NCBI GenBank assembly: GCA_040767195.1
Contig: JAXGPA010000004.1
Coordinates: forward strand, 160,001 to 224,000
DNA length: 64,000 nucleotides
Direction of reading: 5' to 3'
DNA from: Syntrophales bacterium
Lineage (GTDB): Bacteria > Desulfobacterota > Syntrophia > Syntrophales > UBA6807
The position numbers and the translations under genes are program-made. Of the stretch, positions 1-8,281 are shown in pieces. Positions within the stretch are counted from its first letter, which is position 1. Each line of letters opens with the position of its first letter. The notes under the pieces are model-generated. The model ran no database searches. It worked only from the letters and a program-made list of their open reading frames with translations, and had not been told where the DNA came from.

Positions 1-504
1 GAAGCGAGACCGGCCCAGCTGAAGGAGCAGGACCTGGCCGATGAACCCTTCGTCTACGCCAGGGGACAGGTGGTTCTCTGGACGGCGAAAAAGTCCCTCC
101 AAGGGGCGGCGGACTGGCAGTCCGTCGTGAAAAACCCGGAGACGCGAAAGATCGCCATCGCCAACACGGAAAGCGCGCCCTACGGCACCGCGGCCATGAC
201 CGCCCTCGAGGCAGCCGGTCTGTGGGAGGCGCTGAAAGAAAAATACGTTTTCCCGCAGACCGTCGCACAGGCCTTTCAGTACGCCCTGACGGAAAGCGCC
301 GATGCGGGGTTCTGCGCCTATTCTTCCGCCCTTTCCGACAAGGCGAAGGGCGGCTTTTTTTACCCGGTCCCGGAAGCGCCGCCCATCGTCCAGGCCGCCT
401 GCGTTCTGAAACGGACGGAGAACCGGCCCGCCGCCGAAAAATTCGCCGCCTTCCTGGACTCGCCGGAAGCAAAGGAAATAAAGGAGAAATACGGATATCG
501 TTAA
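1..504 (+). CDS. modA: Molybdate ABC transporter substrate-binding protein (5'-truncated by window edge)
   Basis: Frame open from base 1; ModA-like motifs IAIAN..APYG.AA and V.QA.QY; directly upstream of modB. Confidence 0.9.
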   Translation, partial: EARPAQLKEQDLADEPFVYARGQVVLWTAKKSLQGAADWQSVVKNPETRKIAIANTESAPYGTAAMTALEAAGLWEALKEKYVFPQTVAQAFQYALTESADAGFCAYSSALSDKAKGGFFYPVPEAPPIVQAACVLKRTENRPAAEKFAAFLDSPEAKEIKEKYGYR

Positions 505-1170
505 ATGGACCCGGCCCCTCTTTACCTCTCCCTGAAACTGGCCTTTGTGACGACGGTCGTCCTCGTCATCCTGGCGGCCCCCCTCACCTACCTGCTGGTG
601 TACGTCCGGTTTGCCGGCAAATCGTTTTTCGATGCCCTGCTCAATCTTCCCATGGTCCTGCCGCCGACGGTCCTCGGCTTCTACCTCCTTCTCGTCATGA
701 CGCCCCGGGGTGGCATCGGCCGCTTCTGGCAGGCCGTGACGGGGTCCCCACTCGTCTTTACCTTTGCCGGCATCGTCGTGGCCTCGCTGGTTTACAGCCT
801 GCCCTTCGCCATCCAGCCCATGAAGGCCGCTTTTGAAAAAATCGACCGGCGTCTCCTGGAGAGCGCCTATGTCCTGGGACTGTCCCCCCTGGCCGCGTTT
901 TTCCGGGTCATCATTCCCAACGCCATCAACGGGCTGGCGGCCTCGGCGGTTCTCGTCTTCATCCACACCCTGGGAGAGTTCGGGGTGATTCTCATGGTCG
1001 GCGGGAGCATCCCCGGCGAGACGCGGGTCGCCTCCATCGCCATTTACGAGGCCGTCGAGGCGCTGCGCTACGAGGATGCCGCCATGATGTGCCTGATCCT
1101 GGTGCCGATAAGTTACCTCTTTCTTCTTCTCATCAACAGGCTGACCCAGAGACAGATCTATGGAACTTAA
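505..1170 (+). CDS. modB: Molybdate ABC transporter permease
   Basis: LPMVLPPTVLGFYLL, EAA-loop-like LLESAYVLG, GEFGVILMVGGSIPGETR. Confidence 0.95.
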   Translation: MDPAPLYLSLKLAFVTTVVLVILAAPLTYLLVYVRFAGKSFFDALLNLPMVLPPTVLGFYLLLVMTPRGGIGRFWQAVTGSPLVFTFAGIVVASLVYSLPFAIQPMKAAFEKIDRRLLESAYVLGLSPLAAFFRVIIPNAINGLAASAVLVFIHTLGEFGVILMVGGSIPGETRVASIAIYEAVEALRYEDAAMMCLILVPISYLFLLLINRLTQRQIYGT

Positions 1171-1918
1171 CATTTCCATCAGGAAGAAACTGCCCCACTT
1201 CGATCTCGACGTCACCTTCGGCTGCCGGAAGGGCCGTCTCCTCGTCCTCGTGGGGCCTTCGGGAGCGGGCAAGACGACCATCATCCGGATGCTGGCGGGT
1301 CTTGACCGGCCCGACAAAGGGCGGATTCAGTACGGCGGGGAAACCTGGCTGGACACGGAGAAAAACCTGTTCCTGGCGCCGCAGAAGCGCCGGGTGGGAT
1401 ATGTCTTTCAGGAATACACCCTGTTTCCCCATCTCACCGTTTCCGGGAACGTGGCTTTTTCGGCCGAGGACAAGGCGGAGGTTCCCTCCCTGCTCAAGCG
1501 TTTCAACATCTGGCACCTGAAGGATCGAAAGCCCGACAGGATATCGGGGGGCGAGCGTCAGCGGTGCGCCATCTGCCAGGCCATGGCACGGCGTCCCCGC
1601 CTTCTTCTCCTCGACGAGCCCTTCTCCGCCCTGGACGCGGTGACCCGGCAGAACCTGCGGGAAGAGCTGCAGAAACTGAAACGGGAACTGTCCATTCCCA
1701 TCATTCACGTCACCCACGACATATCGGAAGCCCTCTACCTTGGGGATGACGTCCTTCCCATGGTGAACGGGCGGATCGTCAGAAAGTGGATGGTCCAGTT
1801 CATGCTGAAGGGCCGCCCGCCGGTTCCGGAAAGACCGGCCGAACCCGGGGATGCCTACGGCTACCGGGACAGGCAGGATCTTTCCATTCTCTATAACTCC
1901 CTGGAGATGATGCATTGA
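1160..1918 (+). CDS. modC: Molybdate ABC transporter ATPase (no evident TOBE domain)
   Basis: Walker A GPSGAGKT, signature ISGGE, Walker B LLLLDEPF, VTHD; overlaps modB. Confidence 0.9.
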   Translation: MELNISIRKKLPHFDLDVTFGCRKGRLLVLVGPSGAGKTTIIRMLAGLDRPDKGRIQYGGETWLDTEKNLFLAPQKRRVGYVFQEYTLFPHLTVSGNVAFSAEDKAEVPSLLKRFNIWHLKDRKPDRISGGERQRCAICQAMARRPRLLLLDEPFSALDAVTRQNLREELQKLKRELSIPIIHVTHDISEALYLGDDVLPMVNGRIVRKWMVQFMLKGRPPVPERPAEPGDAYGYRDRQDLSILYNSLEMMH

Positions 1919-3552
1919 TGAACATAGGTCCCTATTCCTTCGACGAGTACATCCACCTGGTCAAGTCCTTCCACGGCCACGTCGCGCCGGGCATGATCAT
2001 CGGCGGGTTCATGGTCGACAAGGCCCTGAACAACAGGCCGGAAGGTGAATTCTTTGACGCCCTCTGCGAGACGGCGAGCTGCCTTCCCGACGCCGTTCAG
2101 CTCCTCACGCCCTGCACGGTGGGAAACGGGTGGCTCCGGATCGTCAATGTGGGCCGATACGCCGTCACCCTTTATGAAAAATACGGAGGAAAGGGGGTAC
2201 GGGTCTACCTCGATGCCGCCACCCTGGACCCGTGGCCCAACATCAGGGAGTGGTTTCTCAAGCTCAAACCGAAGAAGGAGCAGGATTCGAAAGCGCTTTA
2301 CGAGGAGATCAGGAAAGCGGGAACGGACATCTGCAGGGTCCAGAGCGTCCACATACAGCCCCGGTTCATCGGAAAACACTCGAAGGGAAGCATCACCATC
2401 TGTCCCCTCTGCGGCGAGGCCTACCCCTCGAAAGACGGCGAGATCTGTCTCGGCTGCGGCGACCAGAACCCCTATCGGGATGTGGCCATCATCCGGGACG
2501 AGAGGCCTGCGGAAAGTCCCGAGATCGAGGCCCTGGCGGTGGAGGACGCCGTCGGGCGCTCCACTCTTCACGACATGACCCGCATCGTGCCGGGCAGCGC
2601 GAAAGGCCCCGCCTTCCGGAACGGTCACAGGCTGGAAGCCGGCGACATCGATCTGCTTCTGTCCATGGGGAAGAAAACCGTTTACGTCAGGGGCGCCGCT
2701 TTACCCGACGAAGGATGGATCCACGAAGACGAAGCGGCGCTCAAACTCGCCGGGGCCATGGCCGGCGACGGCGTCGTCTTCACGGGCGCGCCGAGCGAGG
2801 GAAAGGTCACCTTCAAGGCGGAAAGGGACGGCCTTCTCGTCGTCGATGAAAAACGCCTCGTCCACTTCAACAGCATTCCCGACGTCATGTGCGCGAGCCG
2901 TCAGAGCTTTTCCGTCGTGTCCGCCGATGACCGGCTCGGGGGAACCCGGGCGATCCCCCTCTTTCTTTCCCGGGCCATCCTGGACAAGGCGCTGGGGATG
3001 TTCAGGGACAACCCGCTTTTCACGGTGCGGCCCATGCGGGAACCCCGGGTGGGGATTCTCGTGACGGGAACGGAAGTCTTCGAGGGACGGGTGGAGGACG
3101 GTTTCATCCCTCTCATCACCGGAAAACTGGAGAAATTCAAGGCCCGTTCCTTTCACTCCCGCATCGTTCCCGATGACCGCGGCGCCATCGCCGGGGCGGT
3201 CCGGGAGCTGATCGGGAAAGGCATCGATCTTCTCGTCACGACGGGGGGGCTCTCCGTCGATCCCGACGACGTCACCCGGGCGGGGCTGGAGGACGCCGGC
3301 GCGACGGACGTGCTGTACGGCGCGCCCATACTGCCCGGCGCGATGACGCTCCTTGCCCGCATCGGGGACATCCAGGTCATCGGCGTTCCTGCCGGGGCCC
3401 TGTATTTCAAGGCAACGAGCTTTGATCTTCTCGTTCCCCGGCTTCTTGCCGGCCTCACCATCTCCCGCTATGACCTGGCACGAATGAGCCACGGCGCCTT
3501 CTGTCTCGAATGCCCGAAGTGCACCTTTCCCCTGTGCCCCTTCGGCCGGTAG
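1915..3552 (+). CDS. FmdE-family domain + zinc finger fused to MoeA-like molybdopterin-binding domain with C-terminal Cys cluster
   Basis: N-term FHGHVAPG...CLPDAVQLLTPCTVGNG; CPLCGE..CLGC; TGTEV, TTGGLSVDPDDVT, PILPGAM; C-term CLECPKCTFPLC. Confidence 0.8.
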   Translation: MMNIGPYSFDEYIHLVKSFHGHVAPGMIIGGFMVDKALNNRPEGEFFDALCETASCLPDAVQLLTPCTVGNGWLRIVNVGRYAVTLYEKYGGKGVRVYLDAATLDPWPNIREWFLKLKPKKEQDSKALYEEIRKAGTDICRVQSVHIQPRFIGKHSKGSITICPLCGEAYPSKDGEICLGCGDQNPYRDVAIIRDERPAESPEIEALAVEDAVGRSTLHDMTRIVPGSAKGPAFRNGHRLEAGDIDLLLSMGKKTVYVRGAALPDEGWIHEDEAALKLAGAMAGDGVVFTGAPSEGKVTFKAERDGLLVVDEKRLVHFNSIPDVMCASRQSFSVVSADDRLGGTRAIPLFLSRAILDKALGMFRDNPLFTVRPMREPRVGILVTGTEVFEGRVEDGFIPLITGKLEKFKARSFHSRIVPDDRGAIAGAVRELIGKGIDLLVTTGGLSVDPDDVTRAGLEDAGATDVLYGAPILPGAMTLLARIGDIQVIGVPAGALYFKATSFDLLVPRLLAGLTISRYDLARMSHGAFCLECPKCTFPLCPFGR

Positions 3553-3691
3553 AAACCGCCCCCTCACGGGTTTTTAAGATCACCGGAAACACGATCCCGA
3601 GCCGTCACCGGCCCTTTCGGATCAGGGGGTTCCTGCCCCCCCTTGCAGGGAATATGAAAATATTCTATAAAAGCACCTACATGATACGGGA

Positions 3692-4042
3692 ATGCGACAG
3701 GGGGGCGGGGCGATCGAAATCAAGAGCAAAATATGGCTGGAAAAAGACGGCCGTGTCATTTTCGGACAGGGGCGCAGCGAACTCCTGCGGGCCATCGACG
3801 AATGCAAAAGCCTGAACGCCGCCGCTAAAAAACTCCAGATGTCCTACCGGGCGGCCTGGGGGCGGTTGAAAGCGTCGGAAGACCGGATGGGAATAAAACT
3901 CGTCGAACACGTCCAGGGCAGGAACATGCACCTCACCACGCAGGCCAAGGAGCTTCTCGACCGGTACGACAAGATCGAGAGAGAAATCGAGACGGTCATC
4001 GAGACGGCGCGAAACGACTTTCAGCACATCACCGAGGAGTGA
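3692..4042 (+). CDS. ModE-like winged-helix regulator, N-terminal HTH domain only (start may be 3713)
   Basis: KSKIWLE..G..IFG.GR.ELL.AI....SLNAAAKKLQMSYRAAWG matches the ModE N-terminus; follows mod operon. Confidence 0.8.
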   Translation: MRQGGGAIEIKSKIWLEKDGRVIFGQGRSELLRAIDECKSLNAAAKKLQMSYRAAWGRLKASEDRMGIKLVEHVQGRNMHLTTQAKELLDRYDKIEREIETVIETARNDFQHITEE

Positions 4043-4070
4043 ACGCCTCCCCGACGAAACCAGGTGACAC

Positions 4071-5243
4071 TCAGAAGCTCGCGGCAAGACGGAAGCCCAG
4101 CCCGTCGCCACGGTGGCTCGGGCCGTTCCTGCCTCGATTGGCGGAGCGGCAGAACCGGGGTCGATCGGACCAGGAACTGCCGCGGCACACGTGGCTCGAG
4201 CCCGTTGGCGGTCCTTCGGGGTCCGTGACGGAACCGGCGGGATAGTTCCCATACCAGTCCAGGCACCACTCCCAGACATTCCCGTGCATGTCGTACAGCC
4301 CCCAGGCGCTGGGCGCCTTCAGGGCCACCGGCTTCGTTCCGCCGCCGCTGTTTCCCCCGTGCCATCCCGTACGGTCCAGCTCGTCATAATAAGGGCCCGC
4401 CGTCCCCGACCGGCAGGCATACTCCCACTCCGCCTCCGTGGGAAGGCGGTATCTGGTCGTCCCCTCCTTCCCGTTCAGCCTCCGGGCGAATTCCTGGCAG
4501 TCCTTCCAGGACACCCTTTCCACGGGGCACCCGTCACCGCAGCCGCCGAACCTGGACGGGCTGTTCCCCATGACGGCCCGCCACTGCCCCTGGGTCACCT
4601 CCGTCACCTGAAGGTAGAAGGCCCTCGTGAGCGTCACCCGGTGCTGCGTTTCGTCACTGTCCCGGCCCGGCTCGGTCTCGGGGCTCCCCATGACGAATGA
4701 CCCCGCGGGAATCCGGACAAAGGTCATCCCGACGGTGTTCGTGAAAACCGGGCCGCTGTCTTCCCATTCCGGATATTTCTCCAGCCGGATGAACAATTGC
4801 CTGTCCTCTCCGGGGGCCAGTATCACCCAGCGCTTCTCCGTTTCGTAGCCCTCCTTCGACACCTCGACGAAGTAGCTTCCCGGGTTGAGAACCATCCCCC
4901 GGCGATAGGGCGCCACGATGTTGAGGATTCGAATTTGCCCATCGGGCGGCATCGCGTTCACGTATATTCTTGACTTCAAAGTATTTTTTGACGTTTCCTG
5001 GGCTTCCTCGGCGGCCTTTCCCCCGTTTTCCCCGGAATCGTTGAATCGGCCGCCGTCTTCCTTTCCGGCCGCAGCGGCCCGGAGCTCCCCCTGCAGTCCC
5101 GTCTGTCCCCCGGCCCCGCTGTTCACAGGCATCGCCACGAAAAAGATGATGGCATGAATCGAAAAAAGGACGAAAAGCCACCGAGCGGCGGAGAAGGGCT
5201 GTTTCCCTGCTTGTTTTTTTGATTTATTCGCTTTTGAACCCAT
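4071..5243 (-). CDS. Membrane-anchored/exported protein with PEGA-like domain and FGE-sulfatase (SUMF1, C-type lectin fold) domain
   Basis: N-terminal hydrophobic helix; PGSYFVEVSKEGY; F.MGS, TEVTQGQW, RLPTEAEWEYAC, GLYDMHGNVWEW, GFRL. Confidence 0.85.
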   Translation of the reverse strand: MGSKANKSKKQAGKQPFSAARWLFVLFSIHAIIFFVAMPVNSGAGGQTGLQGELRAAAAGKEDGGRFNDSGENGGKAAEEAQETSKNTLKSRIYVNAMPPDGQIRILNIVAPYRRGMVLNPGSYFVEVSKEGYETEKRWVILAPGEDRQLFIRLEKYPEWEDSGPVFTNTVGMTFVRIPAGSFVMGSPETEPGRDSDETQHRVTLTRAFYLQVTEVTQGQWRAVMGNSPSRFGGCGDGCPVERVSWKDCQEFARRLNGKEGTTRYRLPTEAEWEYACRSGTAGPYYDELDRTGWHGGNSGGGTKPVALKAPSAWGLYDMHGNVWEWCLDWYGNYPAGSVTDPEGPPTGSSHVCRGSSWSDRPRFCRSANRGRNGPSHRGDGLGFRLAASF

Positions 5244-5475
5244 GCCGGTTTGCGTCCTGAATTATCTGCCCTGGAAACAGCTAACACGATTCCCCGAGCC
5301 GAGTCAACGGGATCGGCAAGCCGGCCGCCGGCGGGGCCCTTGATTCTTTGACATCCCTGCCATGATATCTGTTTTTGTTTTTTCGCGAAGTGTGATATCT
5401 TAAAAAATTTAAAGAGATACGGTCCCTTGCCGCGCTTTTGTTTAACCGGCCGTGTGATTCGAAGCCGGTCACGAG

Positions 5476-6444
5476 GTGTCTTTGCTGATGGAAAACATCG
5501 ATGGGGGAGTCTTCCCCGCCCCGGTCAGGAAATGGTTCGCATCGGTCATCCCCGAGAGGGTCCGGACGGAACGGGCGGCGGCTTACCTCGGTCTCGCCTT
5601 CGCCGTTCTGTGCTGGGCAGGAAACACCGTCCTCGCCCGGGGGGTCGTTCATGAAACCGGCCCCATGGCCCTGTCCTTCTGGCGGTGGATCGTGGCCTGG
5701 CTCATCATCCTTCCCTTCAGCCTGCCCCACGTGAAAAGAGAGCGGGGCGCCCTCCTCGAAAACAAGGGGAAACTGGTCGTCCTGTCCCTCTTCAGCGTGG
5801 CCATGTACAATTCGCTTCTCTATGTAGCCGCCCAGTTCACCACGGCGATGAACATGTCCATCGTGACGGCGGCCTTCCCGGCGATCACGATCCTTTTCGC
5901 CTGGATCCTGATCAAAGAGGTCCCCGACAGGACCCAGGTGACCGGCGTCTTCATAGCGGCCCTGGGGATGCTCGCCATCATTTTTCGGGGGTCCCTGGCG
6001 AACGTCTTCTCCCTCGCCTTCAATGCCGGGGATCTTCTTGTCGTCGCCGCCGTTCTCAGCTGGGCAATCTATTCCGTCTTTCTAAGGAAGTTTCGTCTCC
6101 CCGTCCACCCCCTGACGCTCCTCACACTGACGGTCTCTCTCGGCGTCATCATGATCTTCCCCTTTTTCCTTCTCGAAACGCTCCGGGCGGACCTGTTCCG
6201 ATTCACCCTGAAGAACGCATATATCCTTCTCTTCCTTGCCCTTTTTCCCTCTCTCCTAGCCTATCTCTTCTGGAACCAGGGGGTCCTCAAGGTCGGCCCC
6301 GGGCGGGCGGCCTTTTTCCTGTACCTTCTGCCCGTCTTCGGGTCTCTCCTCGCCTACCTGTTCCTCGGGGAGGAATTTCAACTCTACCACCTGGCGGGGA
6401 GCGTTCTCATCTTCATCGGGCTTTACCTGGCCATCAAAAGATAG
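5476..6444 (+). CDS. DMT/EamA family transporter
   Basis: About ten hydrophobic segments in two EamA-like halves; WAGN, LAYLFWNQGV..VGP motifs. Confidence 0.85.
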   Translation: MSLLMENIDGGVFPAPVRKWFASVIPERVRTERAAAYLGLAFAVLCWAGNTVLARGVVHETGPMALSFWRWIVAWLIILPFSLPHVKRERGALLENKGKLVVLSLFSVAMYNSLLYVAAQFTTAMNMSIVTAAFPAITILFAWILIKEVPDRTQVTGVFIAALGMLAIIFRGSLANVFSLAFNAGDLLVVAAVLSWAIYSVFLRKFRLPVHPLTLLTLTVSLGVIMIFPFFLLETLRADLFRFTLKNAYILLFLALFPSLLAYLFWNQGVLKVGPGRAAFFLYLLPVFGSLLAYLFLGEEFQLYHLAGSVLIFIGLYLAIKR

Positions 6445-6735
6445 GGGGGAGAAGGCCTTTCACGTCTCTGACGTTTCCCGCCCCCATCAGCGGGACATGC
6501 CGGGGCCGGTCATGTTGATTCCCGTCACCTTCCTGACAAAAGAAGGGATCCCCGGTCCCGGAGGGCGCCTTCTTCCGTTTTCACCTGAAGGAAGGCCAAC
6601 GGGTGCCTCGAGACGATCCTTCGCCGGGAGGTTCAGCTTCTTCTGGCGCAGCGGAATTCCGTGCACCACTCTCGGGGCTTCTGAAAAAGCATTGACAAAT
6701 ACTTTTTCTTGATGGACATAGTTACTTTAAGAATG

Positions 6736-6769
6736 AATTTGGTACTGAAGGGGAAAAAGTTACCAAATT
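6736..6769. promoter_or_regulatory. Perfect 9-bp inverted repeat AATTTGGTA-N16-TACCAAATT between two TTGACA hexamers; candidate operator
   Basis: Arms at 6736-6744 and 6761-6769 in AT-rich intergenic DNA; TTGACA at 6692 and 6772. Confidence 0.4.
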
Positions 6770-6950
6770 ATTTGACAATAGGAAATTCCGGCTCCGCATC
6801 GGTCTCTTTTTTTCCTCTCCATCAACCAAAGCAGATCAGGCACGCATTCATCGCTATCCCCGGGGCTTGAGGTTCCATAGGGCTTTATGAGCGGCGACAA
6901 TGACGAAATACGCCGTGTTAAGCCTTGAAGCTGAAAAGGAGGTCATGGTC

Positions 6951-7427
6951 ATGGTCAGAAGGTTTCTGATTGTCCTTACGATGATTATCCTGTGCCTGTC
7001 CCTGGCATGCGCCCGGCAGAACCCGCCGACATCCCGCGTCGCGGCCGATGACATGGCGGAAGCCGTCCGACTGGTGGAAAAAGCCGCGGCCTTCATGAAA
7101 GAAAGCGGAAAGGAAAAGGCGATCGCCGAAATGAGCAATCCCCAGGGCCGGTTTGTCATGGGAGAACTCTACGTTTTCGCCTACGACCTGAACGGCGTCA
7201 TGATGGCCCACCCGAAAAATCCCGAATTGATCGGCCAGAGCCTCATCGACAAAAGGGACAGCAAGGGAAAATTGTTCCGGAAGGAAATCATGGAGAAAGC
7301 GAAATCACAGGGAAGCGGTTGGGTCGATTATTTTTACCTTAACCCCGTTACCAAAAAGGAGGAGGACAAAACGACCTACCTGAGAAGAGTGGAAGACCTG
7401 GTGATTTGTTGCGGTGTGTACAAATAA
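6951..7427 (+). CDS. Stand-alone single Cache domain lipoprotein
   Basis: AGGAGG SD at 6937; lipobox LSLAC; YVFAYD..G...AHP.NP.LIG..L....D..GK, GWVDY...NP. Confidence 0.8.
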   Translation: MVRRFLIVLTMIILCLSLACARQNPPTSRVAADDMAEAVRLVEKAAAFMKESGKEKAIAEMSNPQGRFVMGELYVFAYDLNGVMMAHPKNPELIGQSLIDKRDSKGKLFRKEIMEKAKSQGSGWVDYFYLNPVTKKEEDKTTYLRRVEDLVICCGVYK

Positions 7428-7616
7428 CCTTTATCGATAAACGAGGAACACGAAGCCTTCCAGACCGTGCCCCGGGGAGGCGGTTTCTTTATGCTTGATG
7501 ATCGGGTTGGCCTTTGCCCTGTCCCATATCTCTTTTCTTTCTCGGTGCAGGGATCCTTCTTTTTGCAATCAGCAGCAAGGCCTTCAAAAAGTAGGCGCCC
7601 CGTGAGCGCCTGCGGC

Positions 7617-7790
7617 CTCTTCACGGTGACGGGGGACCCCATGATGTCCCACATAGCCGAAGGGGACATCGTTCTCGTGGACAGGAGCGGGGCCGGGCCC
7701 GGGGAGATCGCCTATGGAAAGAGCTGCGGCTGCTCCGAGCGGGACACGGTGCAGGTGAAGGGGCTCATCCGCCGGGGGCCGAAGATCACG
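7617..7790 (+). pseudogene. Remnant of an S24 peptidase (cI/LexA-type repressor C-terminal) domain
   Basis: VTGDPM..HIAEGDIVLVD...DTVQVKGL resembles V.GDSM.P.I..GD.VLVD...D...VKRL; catalytic Ser replaced by Pro; no HTH upstream. Confidence 0.55.
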
Positions 7791-7858
7791 CCCGGTCGCA
7801 CAGTACGCTGGCCATGGCGCCGGGATCAGAAATCAGTACTTACATCAAGGTGATAACA

Positions 7859-8197
7859 ATGCAGCGCAAAACGATACCGGGAAGCCAGGCCGGAAAAATC
7901 GAGGATCTGAAGACGTTCGTTGAATATCATGACGGATCTATCGTCAGCCGGGAGATTCTGAAAAAGGAAAACGGAACCGTTACCGTCTTCTCCTTCGACC
8001 GGGGCCAGGGCCTCAGTGAGCATAAGGCACCTGTCGATGCCATGGTTCAGGTCCTGGAAGGAGAGGCGTCAATAACCATTTCCGGAGAGCCGCATACGGT
8101 TGGAGCAGGACAAATGATCATCATGCCTGCGAATAAACCCCATTCTGTCAGTGCGGAAAAACCATTAAAGATGCTGCTCATAATGATAAGGGGGTGA
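7859..8197 (+). CDS. Cupin domain protein
   Basis: GSIVSR..., FSFDRGQGLSEH.AP.DA.VQVLEG, MPANKPH motifs. Confidence 0.85.
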   Translation: MQRKTIPGSQAGKIEDLKTFVEYHDGSIVSREILKKENGTVTVFSFDRGQGLSEHKAPVDAMVQVLEGEASITISGEPHTVGAGQMIIMPANKPHSVSAEKPLKMLLIMIRG

Positions 8198-8281
8198 GAG
8201 AGGGAAATTTATCAAGTTGGACCTTTGTTTGTGTCGGGGAGAAGAAAACGGAACTTTTCAGCCCGGACCGAGGAGGGTAAT

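Noticed and set aside
6445..6690. Hairpin-rich intergenic DNA checked for riboswitches (Moco, c-di-GMP, TPP, cobalamin)
   Set aside because: No conserved core motifs recognised; stems are explicable by GC content
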